DNA of 11,260 nt from a virus, in UHGV virus genome UHGV-1833968; one strand, given 5' to 3'. Position 1 is the stretch's first letter; each line of letters opens with the position of its first letter. Position numbers and translations under genes: made by a program. The notes under the pieces are model-generated. The model saw nothing but the letters and a program-made list of their open reading frames with translations. It was not told the DNA's origin and searched no databases. Positions 1-7,626 of the stretch are shown here, piece after piece.

Positions 1-232
1 ATATTTCTCCTGTTGTACAAGCTTCCATAAGTTGGCAGATTATACACTGAAGATTACCTATAAATAGCTGTGCGGGATAGCAGATCAGTGCAAGAAGTAC
101 AACCAAGTGAACTGTGCGTATTCAGATACCTGGCCTAACGTTCGCGATAGCCGTCCCCTGCACGAAGCCATATATTAGATGTATTAGCTCAGACCTTATC
201 TGACAGGTTGAGTAGGTAGAATCTAATCAAAG

Positions 233-366
233 CTGACAGTCTGGTTTGGACTGTGAGTTCAACCGATGGATGCAACACACAGCGATCTACGGACATTACT
301 AGCATAGCTGTGTATTAATCATCGGGAAGCAGGTCAGTCCGCTCCTAGCACAGAGCAGACTGTCAG
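233..366. repeat. 11-bp perfect inverted repeat pair ctgacagtctg (233-243) / cagactgtcag (356-366), 112 bp apart, with a third copy of the CTGACAG heptamer at 200-206
   Basis: Exact reverse-complement match verified by hand. The second arm lies inside the loop of the 346-387 hairpin, so the two are nested. A further 6-bp hairpin acagtc-tggtttg-gactgt sits at 236-254. Confidence 0.55.
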
Positions 367-387
367 ATTAGGCTTTACTCTGTGCTA
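346..387. repeat. Perfect 10-bp inverted repeat (stem tagcacagag / ctctgtgcta) with 22-nt spacer, 35 nt beyond the G stop codon
   Basis: 346-355 tagcacagag and 378-387 ctctgtgcta are exact reverse complements. No flanking U/T run on either strand, so not a canonical intrinsic terminator. Confidence 0.6.
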
Positions 388-421
388 TAGATACGTTAGC
401 TCACTCCAGAGATCATACAAC

Positions 422-949
422 TTATTGCGGCATTTCCGGCCATTCAGGATTTGCAGGATCCACACGGCTGACCAGAACACTGTAGCGTTCCCATGCTTCC
501 AGTCGGCTACGCTCCTCATCTGTTGCCATATTCAGTCTGACAGAGCGTTCCAGTGGCTGAATGATAGTTTCAGCTTCGGAAAGCAAAGCTGACTTCTGTA
601 ATTCCGCCAGTTGCAGCTGTTCGTCTGCCGTATAAATCCGCTTAATCACGGCACCATCCTTAAACATCCATTTACCTGAGTCATCAGCACGTCGGTTGGC
701 GGTAATATCAGGAACCTCGACAACGCTAAAACCTTCAGGGTTGAGCGTTGAAGCATCTCTGGTGATGCCGACAATTATATTATTCTCATCGTAAACAATC
801 TTTATCGTGTCTTCCTGAAAATTACTTACTTCCTCATACCAGTTTTTTCCCTCTTCAGACCATAACCAGATAACATCAAAATTTTTTGTCAGTTGATATT
901 GGGCAACAGTTTTTGGATTACCCGCAGTAATATTTTTTAAATGCTGCAT
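422..949 (-). CDS. G: Tail fibre assembly protein (P2 gpG / Tfa-like chaperone)
   Basis: 175-aa ORF starting 3 nt downstream of the tail fibre gene stop. Protein runs MQHLKNI...[11 protein letters not shown]; size and position match P2 G. Very AT-rich (about 33-35% GC on sampled 60-nt lines), like the fibre distal end. Confidence 0.9.
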   Translation of the reverse strand: MQHLKNITAGNPKTVAQYQLTKNFDVIWLWSEEGKNWYEEVSNFQEDTIKIVYDENNIIVGITRDASTLNPEGFSVVEVPDITANRRADDSGKWMFKDGAVIKRIYTADEQLQLAELQKSALLSEAETIIQPLERSVRLNMATDEERSRLEAWERYSVLVSRVDPANPEWPEMPQ

Positions 950-952
950 AAA

Positions 953-3688
953 TTACACCTGTGCGACGTTATACCATGTGCCATTGATGTATTTTTGTAT
1001 TGGTCTGAATACTGCGGGGTCATCACCATCGACTTCACCGACAATACCAAGCCCGGTAATTACGTGCCCTGCTTTCTCATACATCACCCCTTTCTGCATG
1101 GTCTGGACAACACGTGTGCCAAGTCTGACATCTCTCACATAGCGGGAATCAAAGTTACCGTAATCCGAGGGATTAACACGCCCCGTAATATTTATGGTTT
1201 TATTACTTTGAACGCTTCCGGAGACAAAGCGCATAACATGGACGCTATTAGCATAAACATCCAGATTACCATCACCATTTTGTTTAAAGCCCGTGTCATT
1301 ATCACCCAAAACAATCGAATTACCGCCAAGAGCACTGGATGTTCCTATACCCAGAGCACCATTCAATTGACCACCAGATAACGGCAGTGCACCGACATCT
1401 CCCGCTGTAGGTTTTCGCGTTGTGGTATAAAACTCAGACCAGTCAGCCTCGAATCCGTAACCGTCACGAGCAGAACGATAAAAAATACCACCGTTCTTAT
1501 AATTAACGCGAAACTGGGCGGCGGGACAACTTCCTTCCCCGATATTAAAATGAAGAATTAACGTTGATGCCCCACCAATAGTTGCGTTATAGGCTCCGCT
1601 ACTCCAGTTCCATCCAACGGCTTTATCATTCGCAACGGTGTCTCCTGTTTTTCCTGAAGCAAATGCACCAATATTTTTCGGCGTCAGGTTAATATCTGAT
1701 GTTCCATCAAACGAAACGTTATTAATTTTACGGGCTGTTTTCAGCTTTGTTGCTGTCGCCGCATTGCCGGACAGTTCACCAGAAAGGCCAGCACTGAATG
1801 TCTGTTTCGCGCCCCATGTCTGGGCTTCGTCAATGATTGGTACTCGTCTTGTTGTGATCGTGCGGCTTCCCGGATTTCCTGAAATGCGCACCATAAAAAA
1901 GCGGTAGTTGGCTTTACTTACAGTGCTGCGCCATACATGCATTGAGCGCCCCGAACCAGAATCATCACTCGGACCGACTGAGATGTTTATCAGGTTGCCA
2001 TCAATGACGCCCCAGTCCATACCGTCGGGAATGTTGGTCATATTATCAAGCCGAACGGTTATCAGACTGCCCGGCACAAAATCGTAGGTCTGCCAGTCCA
2101 GACTGGATAGTTTTGCCACTGCGCCACCGATGCCCAGATTCAGAGGCAACGAAAAGGAGTTATATACTTCTCGCCATTCGGTCCATTTGCTCCCGGCATA
2201 GACGCGCTCAAAAGTGCGCCCCTGTGTGGTTTCTGATTTCCCTGTGGTTGTGTAACGCTGCCAGACAGATACACCATCAAAACGCCTGATTACTTCCAGT
2301 ATTCCAAGCAGTGTCGCTCCAGCGGTATCCTGCATTGGACCGTTTGACGCCTTCCCTGTAACGCTGTAAATGCCTGGCGAAGTCAGATCATTCAAATCAC
2401 CTTCGTAATAACGACATTCTGACTGATGGCCTACTCTTGACCACGGCTCCCACTGTGGGTTCTGTGCATTCCATATAGCAGAAAGGCAGCGAACATATAC
2501 GTTCCCACGGCGGGTCGTATAGCGTTGCGTGCGTGAGTACCCACCACCCTCAAGAACTTCAAGGAATCCCTGACCATAAATTCCTTCTTCCGGATAGTTG
2601 CGGTCAAATGAAGCGATAGAGCCACTACTGTTTCGCCATAAACCAAGATGCTCTGCGCCTCCTAGCGTGTTCAGGTCAATAGTTGTGCTCAGGGGGCGTG
2701 TTGCAGACTGAATCTGACGCCAGTAGATCCACGGACCGTCTGAGCCATTCCAGGTGCCAGAAAGATTACGCATATAAACATTGCCAGTTCTGGTGGTATA
2801 ACGCTGCATTCCGGAAAAATTACCGCCATTGAATACCTCAAGAACACCGACTGCACCGTCTTCAGGGAAATTTTTCTCCAGTGTTGCGTTGGAGGATGTG
2901 GATTTAGACCAGACACCCACATAAGCCTTAACTGGACCAAATGTATTGAGATCAGCATCAACCGGCATTTCGCCGTTGTTTTTCATAAACGTCAGGCTGG
3001 TAACACCAATATTGTCCAGAAAAGCTGATTTATCCTGGATATCTGCACCGTTCTGATTTTTCGCCAGACGTGAATTTGCGTTGTCATTTGCTGCCTTGAC
3101 CGCTTTTGGCGTTGCCGCCAGCTCTTCACTGGTGCTGTTTGTTGCACTGCTTAACTGAGTAAAACCTTTTTCTGTCAGCGTGGCGTCAGGATGGCGGCGG
3201 GACTGCTCATGCTCTGCGATTTTGTCATCGACGTAATCCTGCGTCGCCATCACTGTGCTGGCATCAATACTCAGCTCAACGGACGCCACGTTGCTGAGAA
3301 TAATAACCATGCGGCAGGTCTGCGCACGTCCGGAGCCTTCAGCCAGTTCTGGCTTATAGCTTTCAGCCATGTTGGATACCGCAATCAGTGTTCCGGCATC
3401 GTCATACAGACCAAGCTCACGCATCCAGAAGCCGCCCACTTCGGGCGGTACAACCAGTTCAGCCACAATATAGTTTTTATTCTTATTATCCACACTGACT
3501 TTATTCAGAGCGTGACGCCAGACCTCATGCACCAGTTTCGTCTGACCGGCATCCGGCACCGGTAATTTGCCATTACCGTCACCCACGGCCATTGCAGACA
3601 GGTTTACTTTTTTCCCGCCGGGGACAGTGGCGGCTGCCAGCTTTGCGGCTCCGGCAGTAGTGATAACGGTTTTAAATTTCGTGCTCAT
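953..3688 (-). CDS. H: Tail fibre protein (P2 gpH-like, mosaic, 911 aa)
   Basis: Uninterrupted 911-aa ORF. The N-terminal ~200 aa (MSTKFKTVITTAGAAKLAAA...EVWRHALNK...FWMRELGLYDDAGTLIAV) matches the conserved baseplate-attachment domain of P2 H from recall. The centre holds three tandem ~80-aa repeats. The C-terminal region (GGNSIVLGDNDTGFKQNGDG...GNFDSRYVRDVRLGTRVVQ...KYINGTWYNVAQV) is fibre-tip-like. Position between I and G fits. Confidence 0.9.
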   Translation of the reverse strand: MSTKFKTVITTAGAAKLAAATVPGGKKVNLSAMAVGDGNGKLPVPDAGQTKLVHEVWRHALNKVSVDNKNKNYIVAELVVPPEVGGFWMRELGLYDDAGTLIAVSNMAESYKPELAEGSGRAQTCRMVIILSNVASVELSIDASTVMATQDYVDDKIAEHEQSRRHPDATLTEKGFTQLSSATNSTSEELAATPKAVKAANDNANSRLAKNQNGADIQDKSAFLDNIGVTSLTFMKNNGEMPVDADLNTFGPVKAYVGVWSKSTSSNATLEKNFPEDGAVGVLEVFNGGNFSGMQRYTTRTGNVYMRNLSGTWNGSDGPWIYWRQIQSATRPLSTTIDLNTLGGAEHLGLWRNSSGSIASFDRNYPEEGIYGQGFLEVLEGGGYSRTQRYTTRRGNVYVRCLSAIWNAQNPQWEPWSRVGHQSECRYYEGDLNDLTSPGIYSVTGKASNGPMQDTAGATLLGILEVIRRFDGVSVWQRYTTTGKSETTQGRTFERVYAGSKWTEWREVYNSFSLPLNLGIGGAVAKLSSLDWQTYDFVPGSLITVRLDNMTNIPDGMDWGVIDGNLINISVGPSDDSGSGRSMHVWRSTVSKANYRFFMVRISGNPGSRTITTRRVPIIDEAQTWGAKQTFSAGLSGELSGNAATATKLKTARKINNVSFDGTSDINLTPKNIGAFASGKTGDTVANDKAVGWNWSSGAYNATIGGASTLILHFNIGEGSCPAAQFRVNYKNGGIFYRSARDGYGFEADWSEFYTTTRKPTAGDVGALPLSGGQLNGALGIGTSSALGGNSIVLGDNDTGFKQNGDGNLDVYANSVHVMRFVSGSVQSNKTINITGRVNPSDYGNFDSRYVRDVRLGTRVVQTMQKGVMYEKAGHVITGLGIVGEVDGDDPAVFRPIQKYINGTWYNVAQV
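2159..2938 (-). repeat. Three tandem, diverged ~80-aa repeat modules inside the tail fibre (aa ~251-335, 342-425, 438-510)
   Basis: Protein-level alignment of the translated ORF. Shared motifs: G-x-LEV-x-x-G, QRYTT(R/T)xGNVY(M/V)R, S-x-x-W, (E/I)-(P/Y)-W. Example cores: GVLEVFNGGNFSGMQRYTTRTGNVYMRNLSGTWN / GFLEVLEGGGYSRTQRYTTRRGNVYVRCLSAIWN / GILEVIRRFDGVSVWQRYTTTGKSETTQGRTFERVYAGSKW. Nucleotide coordinates are derived from aa positions and are approximate. Confidence 0.75.
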
Positions 3689-3698
3689 TGTTTCTCAC

Positions 3699-4229
3699 TT
3701 ATCCGGGATAAACAGTAATAACATCACCATCACAGACCACACCGCCTGTATACAGGTAGCCGGGAATGTCCTGGGTAATGTTCAGACCAATAAGGTGACG
3801 GCTTGCGGGTTTGGCATCAGCAATCAGTCGCTCCATTTCCAGATACATTTCCTCTGTGATGCCGCTTTCCAGTACACCAATATCGAGCCGGAAGGTGCCG
3901 GGCGGGTCATTGTTTTCCCACCACTCCGTCACATTGATGAGATAGCCGAGCGGCTCCACCACACGCCGGATTGCACCTATAGTGCCTTTATGACAGTGGA
4001 TGAAATAGGCATCGCGGATAACGGCGCGTTTTGTCGCTTCCGGCCACTTTTCATCCCACCTGTCGACCGAAAACGCCCACGCCAGCCACGGCAGCAGATT
4101 TGCCGGACAGGTGTTCGGGTTCCACAGTTCACGAATACTGACCGGCGTTTTTTCAATTTCCGCACAGGCTTTTGCGGCGGCGACTTCAAGCGGTGATGAG
4201 CCGGTCGGCAGCAGGCGCGAATCACTCAT
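3699..4229 (-). CDS. I: Baseplate assembly protein (P2 gpI-like)
   Basis: 176-aa ORF (MSDSRLLPTGSSPLEVAAAKA...), same size as P2 I. Lies between J and H; its start overlaps the J stop by 8 nt. Confidence 0.88.
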   Translation of the reverse strand: MSDSRLLPTGSSPLEVAAAKACAEIEKTPVSIRELWNPNTCPANLLPWLAWAFSVDRWDEKWPEATKRAVIRDAYFIHCHKGTIGAIRRVVEPLGYLINVTEWWENNDPPGTFRLDIGVLESGITEEMYLEMERLIADAKPASRHLIGLNITQDIPGYLYTGGVVCDGDVITVYPG

Positions 4230-5130
4230 CCGAGCCTCCGGTCACGACGCGGTATTCGGTACAGAAAGACGCCTGCGTACTGTTGAGCACGATGTCGGCC
4301 AGTGGTGCGGCCAGCTCGACACGCTGCACGCCTTCCACATGCAAAGCGGCATAAATGGCAGACAGACGGATGTCGCGCCCCAGCCGGTGCTGTGCCGTGA
4401 TGTACGCTTCCAGTTTTTTCACGGCGGCAGCGCGGATGGGTTCGCTTTCGGGACCAGGGTAAAGGTAAAGCGTGGCGTTTATCTGGTATTCAACGATGGC
4501 GGCAGACTGCACGGTCACGCGGTCGGCCACCGGCCTGACGTCCTCGCCATTAAGGGCGTTACGCACCACCGCCAGCAGGTCTTCGGATGCGACACCGTTA
4601 TTTTCACGTGACAGCACAGAGATGGTGACACAGGCCGGAGACGGACTGGTGACAGAGATATCCGCGACACGCCCGTCGGCACTGCGACCATGATACTGAT
4701 AGGCTCCCACCGACCCGGCAACGCTTAAACCTTCAAACGCCTGCTGAATACGCAGACGATAATCGGTGTCAGATTCCATCACTGCCGGTGTCGGCGGGAT
4801 GGTCGAATCATCTGCCGGGGTGATAGTCAGGCGCGTGGTGTTGTAATTGGCACCAATCACATCAAGGTCATTACCGGCAGCACAGGCCAGCATCACCGCC
4901 CGTGCGGCCTCATTCACACGCTGACGCCAGATAAGCTCACGATAAGCATTTTCCTCCAGCAGTTTGACGAGAGGCTCAGATTCCAGCATCAGGGTACGGG
5001 CGACCGCCTCCTGCTGGTCTTCCGGGTAAAGGGAAATCAGTGTCGCCTTGCGTTCGGCAAGAATGGTTTCAAAGTCCAGCTCCTCGACCACATCCGGTGC
5101 GGGTAGCTGGTTCAGGTCGATAATCGGCAT
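4222..5130 (-). CDS. J: Baseplate assembly protein J (P2 gpJ-like wedge)
   Basis: 302-aa ORF (MPIIDLNQLPAPDVVEELDFETILAERKA...), same size as P2 J. Follows W after a 4-nt gap. Confidence 0.9.
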   Translation of the reverse strand: MPIIDLNQLPAPDVVEELDFETILAERKATLISLYPEDQQEAVARTLMLESEPLVKLLEENAYRELIWRQRVNEAARAVMLACAAGNDLDVIGANYNTTRLTITPADDSTIPPTPAVMESDTDYRLRIQQAFEGLSVAGSVGAYQYHGRSADGRVADISVTSPSPACVTISVLSRENNGVASEDLLAVVRNALNGEDVRPVADRVTVQSAAIVEYQINATLYLYPGPESEPIRAAAVKKLEAYITAQHRLGRDIRLSAIYAALHVEGVQRVELAAPLADIVLNSTQASFCTEYRVVTGGSDE

Positions 5131-5134
5131 GGTT

Positions 5135-5482
5135 TCAACTCACAGGGATGGTTAACGAAAGTGGCTGGCCGGTGTCGTTGTGCTGGCCGGTTAACGTGAC
5201 CGTCATTCGCCCGTCAAAGCTGCGCGCCGTGGTGACAGATGACAGGGTGACGCGGGGTTCCCATTTCAGCACCGCCATGTAACAGGCGACCTTAATCTGC
5301 AACTCAAGCGCCGGGGTCTGCGGCTGGTCAATCATTGATGCCAGCAACGAGCCGTAATCACGACGCATCACCCGCGAGCCGACCGGTGTACGCAGGATAT
5401 CGCCGATACTCTGGCTGATATGCTCAAGGTCAGTGACAGTCTGGCCATCACTGCGATTCATTCCGAGATAACGCGCTGTCAT
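5135..5482 (-). CDS. W: Baseplate wedge protein W (P2 gpW-like, gp25-like)
   Basis: 115-aa ORF (MTARYLGMNRSDGQTVTDLEHISQSIGDIL...), same size as P2 W. Its start overlaps the V stop by 4 nt (ATGA-type coupling). Confidence 0.9.
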   Translation of the reverse strand: MTARYLGMNRSDGQTVTDLEHISQSIGDILRTPVGSRVMRRDYGSLLASMIDQPQTPALELQIKVACYMAVLKWEPRVTLSSVTTARSFDGRMTVTLTGQHNDTGQPLSLTIPVS

Positions 5483-6114
5483 AGAGGACTCCCGGTTGTG
5501 CCGCCGCTGTCGCCGGGGTGTTTATGGGTATGCAGTACCTTACCGTTTGATGAGAGTTCACCACCGGTGTGTTCAATGTTGCCGCGCATCGTCCCGCCCT
5601 TCTGCACTTCCAGCGTGCCGGTAATCAGTTTGTTAGTGCAGACCACTTCCGGTGTGTCCAGGGTGATGCGGGTTGACGCTTTCACCATGACCACCGGCAC
5701 CGTGGCAGTAACAGAATCAGAAGCCGTCACGCTGGCCGTTTTAATTCCGCTTACCGTGAGTGCACTGGTTTCGGGTTCATATTCAATCACCGCCCCGTCA
5801 GGGAAACGTATGTGCAGGGCATCCGCCGACGCAGACGGCGCGGGGTTATCGCCGGAATAAATCCCCGGCAGAACGAACGCCGTGTCAAGTTCACCACCCA
5901 CGGCCAGAATCAGCACCTGTTCCCCCACGGAAGGTGCCCACCATGTGCGCGAACGCCCGGCGCGATGGGTCAGCCACTGAAGCCAGTCGGTGCACATGCC
6001 GCCGGTCTGCACACGGCAGCGACCGGCGTTAAGGTCAGTTTCGACGACAAGGCCGGTGCGAATCATGTTGCGCAGTGCGCGCGCGAGTTCCTGAATATTT
6101 GCGAGAGTGTTCAT
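5479..6114 (-). CDS. V: Baseplate spike / assembly protein V (P2 gpV-like)
   Basis: 211-aa ORF (MNTLANIQELARALRNMIRTGLVVETDLNAGRCRVQTGG...) with His-rich C-terminal tip motif LHTHKHPGDSGG, as in the P2 gpV spike apex. First gene after a 66-nt intergenic gap, as expected for the start of the V-W-J-I-H-G operon. Confidence 0.9.
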   Translation of the reverse strand: MNTLANIQELARALRNMIRTGLVVETDLNAGRCRVQTGGMCTDWLQWLTHRAGRSRTWWAPSVGEQVLILAVGGELDTAFVLPGIYSGDNPAPSASADALHIRFPDGAVIEYEPETSALTVSGIKTASVTASDSVTATVPVVMVKASTRITLDTPEVVCTNKLITGTLEVQKGGTMRGNIEHTGGELSSNGKVLHTHKHPGDSGGTTGSPL

Positions 6115-6125
6115 AACGGGAAGGA

Positions 6126-6149
6126 TGCCGCCGGGTCATACCGGCGGCA
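6126..6149 (-). promoter_or_regulatory. Perfect 9-bp GC-rich inverted repeat with 6-nt loop in the S-V intergenic region (candidate operon-boundary element)
   Basis: Plus strand tgccgccgg-gtcata-ccggcggca at 6126-6134 / 6141-6149. It lies between the S stop (6181) and the V start (6114), 11 nt upstream of the V ATG on the transcribed strand. No U-run follows, so it is not a canonical intrinsic terminator. Function inferred only from position. Confidence 0.3.
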
Positions 6150-6180
6150 ATGTGACGATGAGGTGTCGGGAATGGCACAA

Positions 6181-6633
6181 CTAACGGTCGAGGTGAGCCA
6201 GGATAATCTCTTCAATCATCTGCACATCCTCACCGGTAAAGCCGAGCAGAGGACGCGCCGGATAATCAATTTTCTTACCGTCTTTCCGGTTTTCTTCCGA
6301 CAGACCGAACTGATGCACACTGGCGATTTTCGGTGACTTCCCGCCGTAAAACTCCATTGCTGCCTGTTCAGGGCTGGCGCGGATATGCAAAAAACGACTG
6401 GTGATAAGTTTCGCAAACATTTTTCGCTTAACGCGACCGGTCTTTTTTCTGGCGCTCTGCTGCTGGCGTGGTGCGTAGGGTGTGCCGTCCGGGGCTTTCT
6501 GTGCCATCACCCGGCGCTGCTGACTCTGCCGCAGACGTTTCGCCAGTTCGGCGCTCAGTCGCCGACGCCCTGACGGTGACAGCGATTCAATCAGTCCGGT
6601 CAGCCGGTCTTCAAAACGCTTAAACTCATTCAT
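6181..6633 (-). CDS. S: Tail completion protein S (P2 gpS-like)
   Basis: 150-aa ORF (MNEFKRFEDRLTGLIESLSPSGRRRLSAELAKRLRQ...), same size as P2 S. Its start overlaps the R stop by 8 nt. Confidence 0.9.
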   Translation of the reverse strand: MNEFKRFEDRLTGLIESLSPSGRRRLSAELAKRLRQSQQRRVMAQKAPDGTPYAPRQQQSARKKTGRVKRKMFAKLITSRFLHIRASPEQAAMEFYGGKSPKIASVHQFGLSEENRKDGKKIDYPARPLLGFTGEDVQMIEEIILAHLDR

Positions 6634-7093
6634 CCCACTTGCTCACCAGTTCGCCATTGATATAAAGCTCCACCGGGCGGGTGACCGGCTCCGGCGGCGG
6701 AGGTTCCGGGATATTCTTCACATGCAGCGCACCGTCAACCTCACTGACCAGCGTGCGCTCGGTCAGCATCAGGCTGATACTGATATCAAAGCTGCTGTCA
6801 TTGTTGATGTCTGCATAAAACGTGAAGCCCTTTTTCTGGCCTTCGTCGGTGGTCATGATGTCGGGCTGATTTTCCCGCAGCCACGCCAGCACCGGCACGA
6901 TGAGCAGGTCAAAATCACCGGTAAAGTCGGTCACAATCACATTGAGCGTGTAACGCTTTTCGAATGACAGCGACGTCGCCAGTGTGGAAGCAATACTCCC
7001 GTTATCCACGAATATCCGCAGCATCTCTGGACTGGTTTTCAGCACCGTGACGGCATCAGTCAGCGCCCTGCGCAGGCTGTCGGGTTTGAGCAT
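6626..7093 (-). CDS. R: Tail completion protein R (P2 gpR-like)
   Basis: 155-aa ORF (MLKPDSLRRALTDAVTVLKTSPEMLRIFVDNG...), same size as P2 R. Its 5' end overlaps the 3' end of lysC. Confidence 0.9.
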   Translation of the reverse strand: MLKPDSLRRALTDAVTVLKTSPEMLRIFVDNGSIASTLATSLSFEKRYTLNVIVTDFTGDFDLLIVPVLAWLRENQPDIMTTDEGQKKGFTFYADINNDSSFDISISLMLTERTLVSEVDGALHVKNIPEPPPPEPVTRPVELYINGELVSKWDE

Positions 7094-7346
7094 CGTTTTC
7101 GTCCTGACAGTGTTTAATCATTTTTATCTGGCTGGCACAGTGTGCCAGCGCGTTCTCAAGCTGCCGGATATCGGCACTTAAATCGCCGTTCTTCTCTGGG
7201 TCACTGCCCGGCATCGGGCAAAGACTCACTTTCGGGCAAGCGTTGTGGACAATCACTGGCGTCGGCGCAGGCCGGGCGCTGGTGCAACCGGCGCACAGCA
7301 TCAGGCAGGTCAGCACCGTACCAGCGGCGAAAATCTTCGTTTTCAT
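7056..7346 (-). CDS. lysC: Outer-membrane spanin lipoprotein LysC (Rz1-like), embedded out of frame in lysB
   Basis: The track ORF 7056..7463 contains an internal Met at 7346 giving a 96-aa product MKTKIFAAGTVLTCLMLCAGCTSARPAPTPVIV... with a signal peptide, Cys-containing lipobox-like segment and Pro-rich mature region. GAGG Shine-Dalgarno 8 nt upstream on the coding strand. Starts inside lysB in another frame and runs 38 nt into R, as in P2. Confidence 0.8.
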   Translation of the reverse strand: MKTKIFAAGTVLTCLMLCAGCTSARPAPTPVIVHNACPKVSLCPMPGSDPEKNGDLSADIRQLENALAHCASQIKMIKHCQDENDAQTRQPAQGAD

Positions 7347-7626
7347 TGAGTAACCTCGTGATGGTTTTCTCGCGCTGTGCTTCACGCTTCGCGGCGTTCT
7401 CCAGCTCCTGACGCAGTGCCACCTGCGCCAGCTCGTTTTTGTCTGCCCTGGTAAGGGCAACATGAAGCTGGTTTTTCAGCATGGTGATGGTCGTCTGCTG
7501 CCCGCTGGCGACATTGTTCGCCCTGTCCAGTGAGGCGCGCAGTCTGGCGTTTTCATGCTTCGCCAGAAACAGCCCCGCTACCGCCAGCGATAACAACACG
7601 ACCAGCACAATCATCAGCTTTGACAT
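7201..7626 (-). CDS. lysB: Inner-membrane spanin LysB (Rz-like)
   Basis: 141-aa ORF with N-terminal transmembrane segment (MSKLMIVLVVLLSLAVAGLFLA) followed by a charged, coiled-coil-like region. Same size as P2 LysB; contains lysC in an alternate frame. Confidence 0.88.
   Translation of the reverse strand: MSKLMIVLVVLLSLAVAGLFLAKHENARLRASLDRANNVASGQQTTITMLKNQLHVALTRADKNELAQVALRQELENAAKREAQREKTITRLLNENEDFRRWYGADLPDAVRRLHQRPACADASDCPQRLPESESLPDAGQ

Noticed and set aside
189-305. 38-aa minus-strand ORF (MLVMSVDRCVLHPSV...) in the left non-coding region
   Set aside because: No ribosome-binding site, several rare codons (cta, aga, gta), and it spans the inverted-repeat elements. Most likely a chance open frame.
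346-387. Hairpin downstream of G as a rho-independent terminator
   Set aside because: The stem is perfect but no U/T tract follows on either strand, so it does not meet the canonical intrinsic-terminator pattern. Kept as a repeat of unknown function.
941-1381. 146-aa plus-strand ORF, and other plus-strand ORFs such as 3567..4196, 4111..4611, 5812..6336, 8907..9353 and 9645..10244
   Set aside because: All lie antisense to minus-strand genes with clear P2-family identity and conserved order. Long antisense open frames are common in GC-rich coding DNA. None has a convincing ribosome-binding site or recognisable protein features.
422-3688. Invertible (Gin/Cin/Pin-type) host-range switching segment in the tail fibre region
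   Set aside because: No invertase gene, no inverted duplicate of the fibre 3' end or chaperone, and no crossover-site repeats flanking H and G. The layout is a single fixed H-G pair as in P2.
7347-7463. 39-aa N-terminal extension of the lysC frame
   Set aside because: The extension is basic and non-hydrophobic and would bury the signal peptide. A GAGG ribosome-binding site sits directly upstream of the internal Met at 7346.
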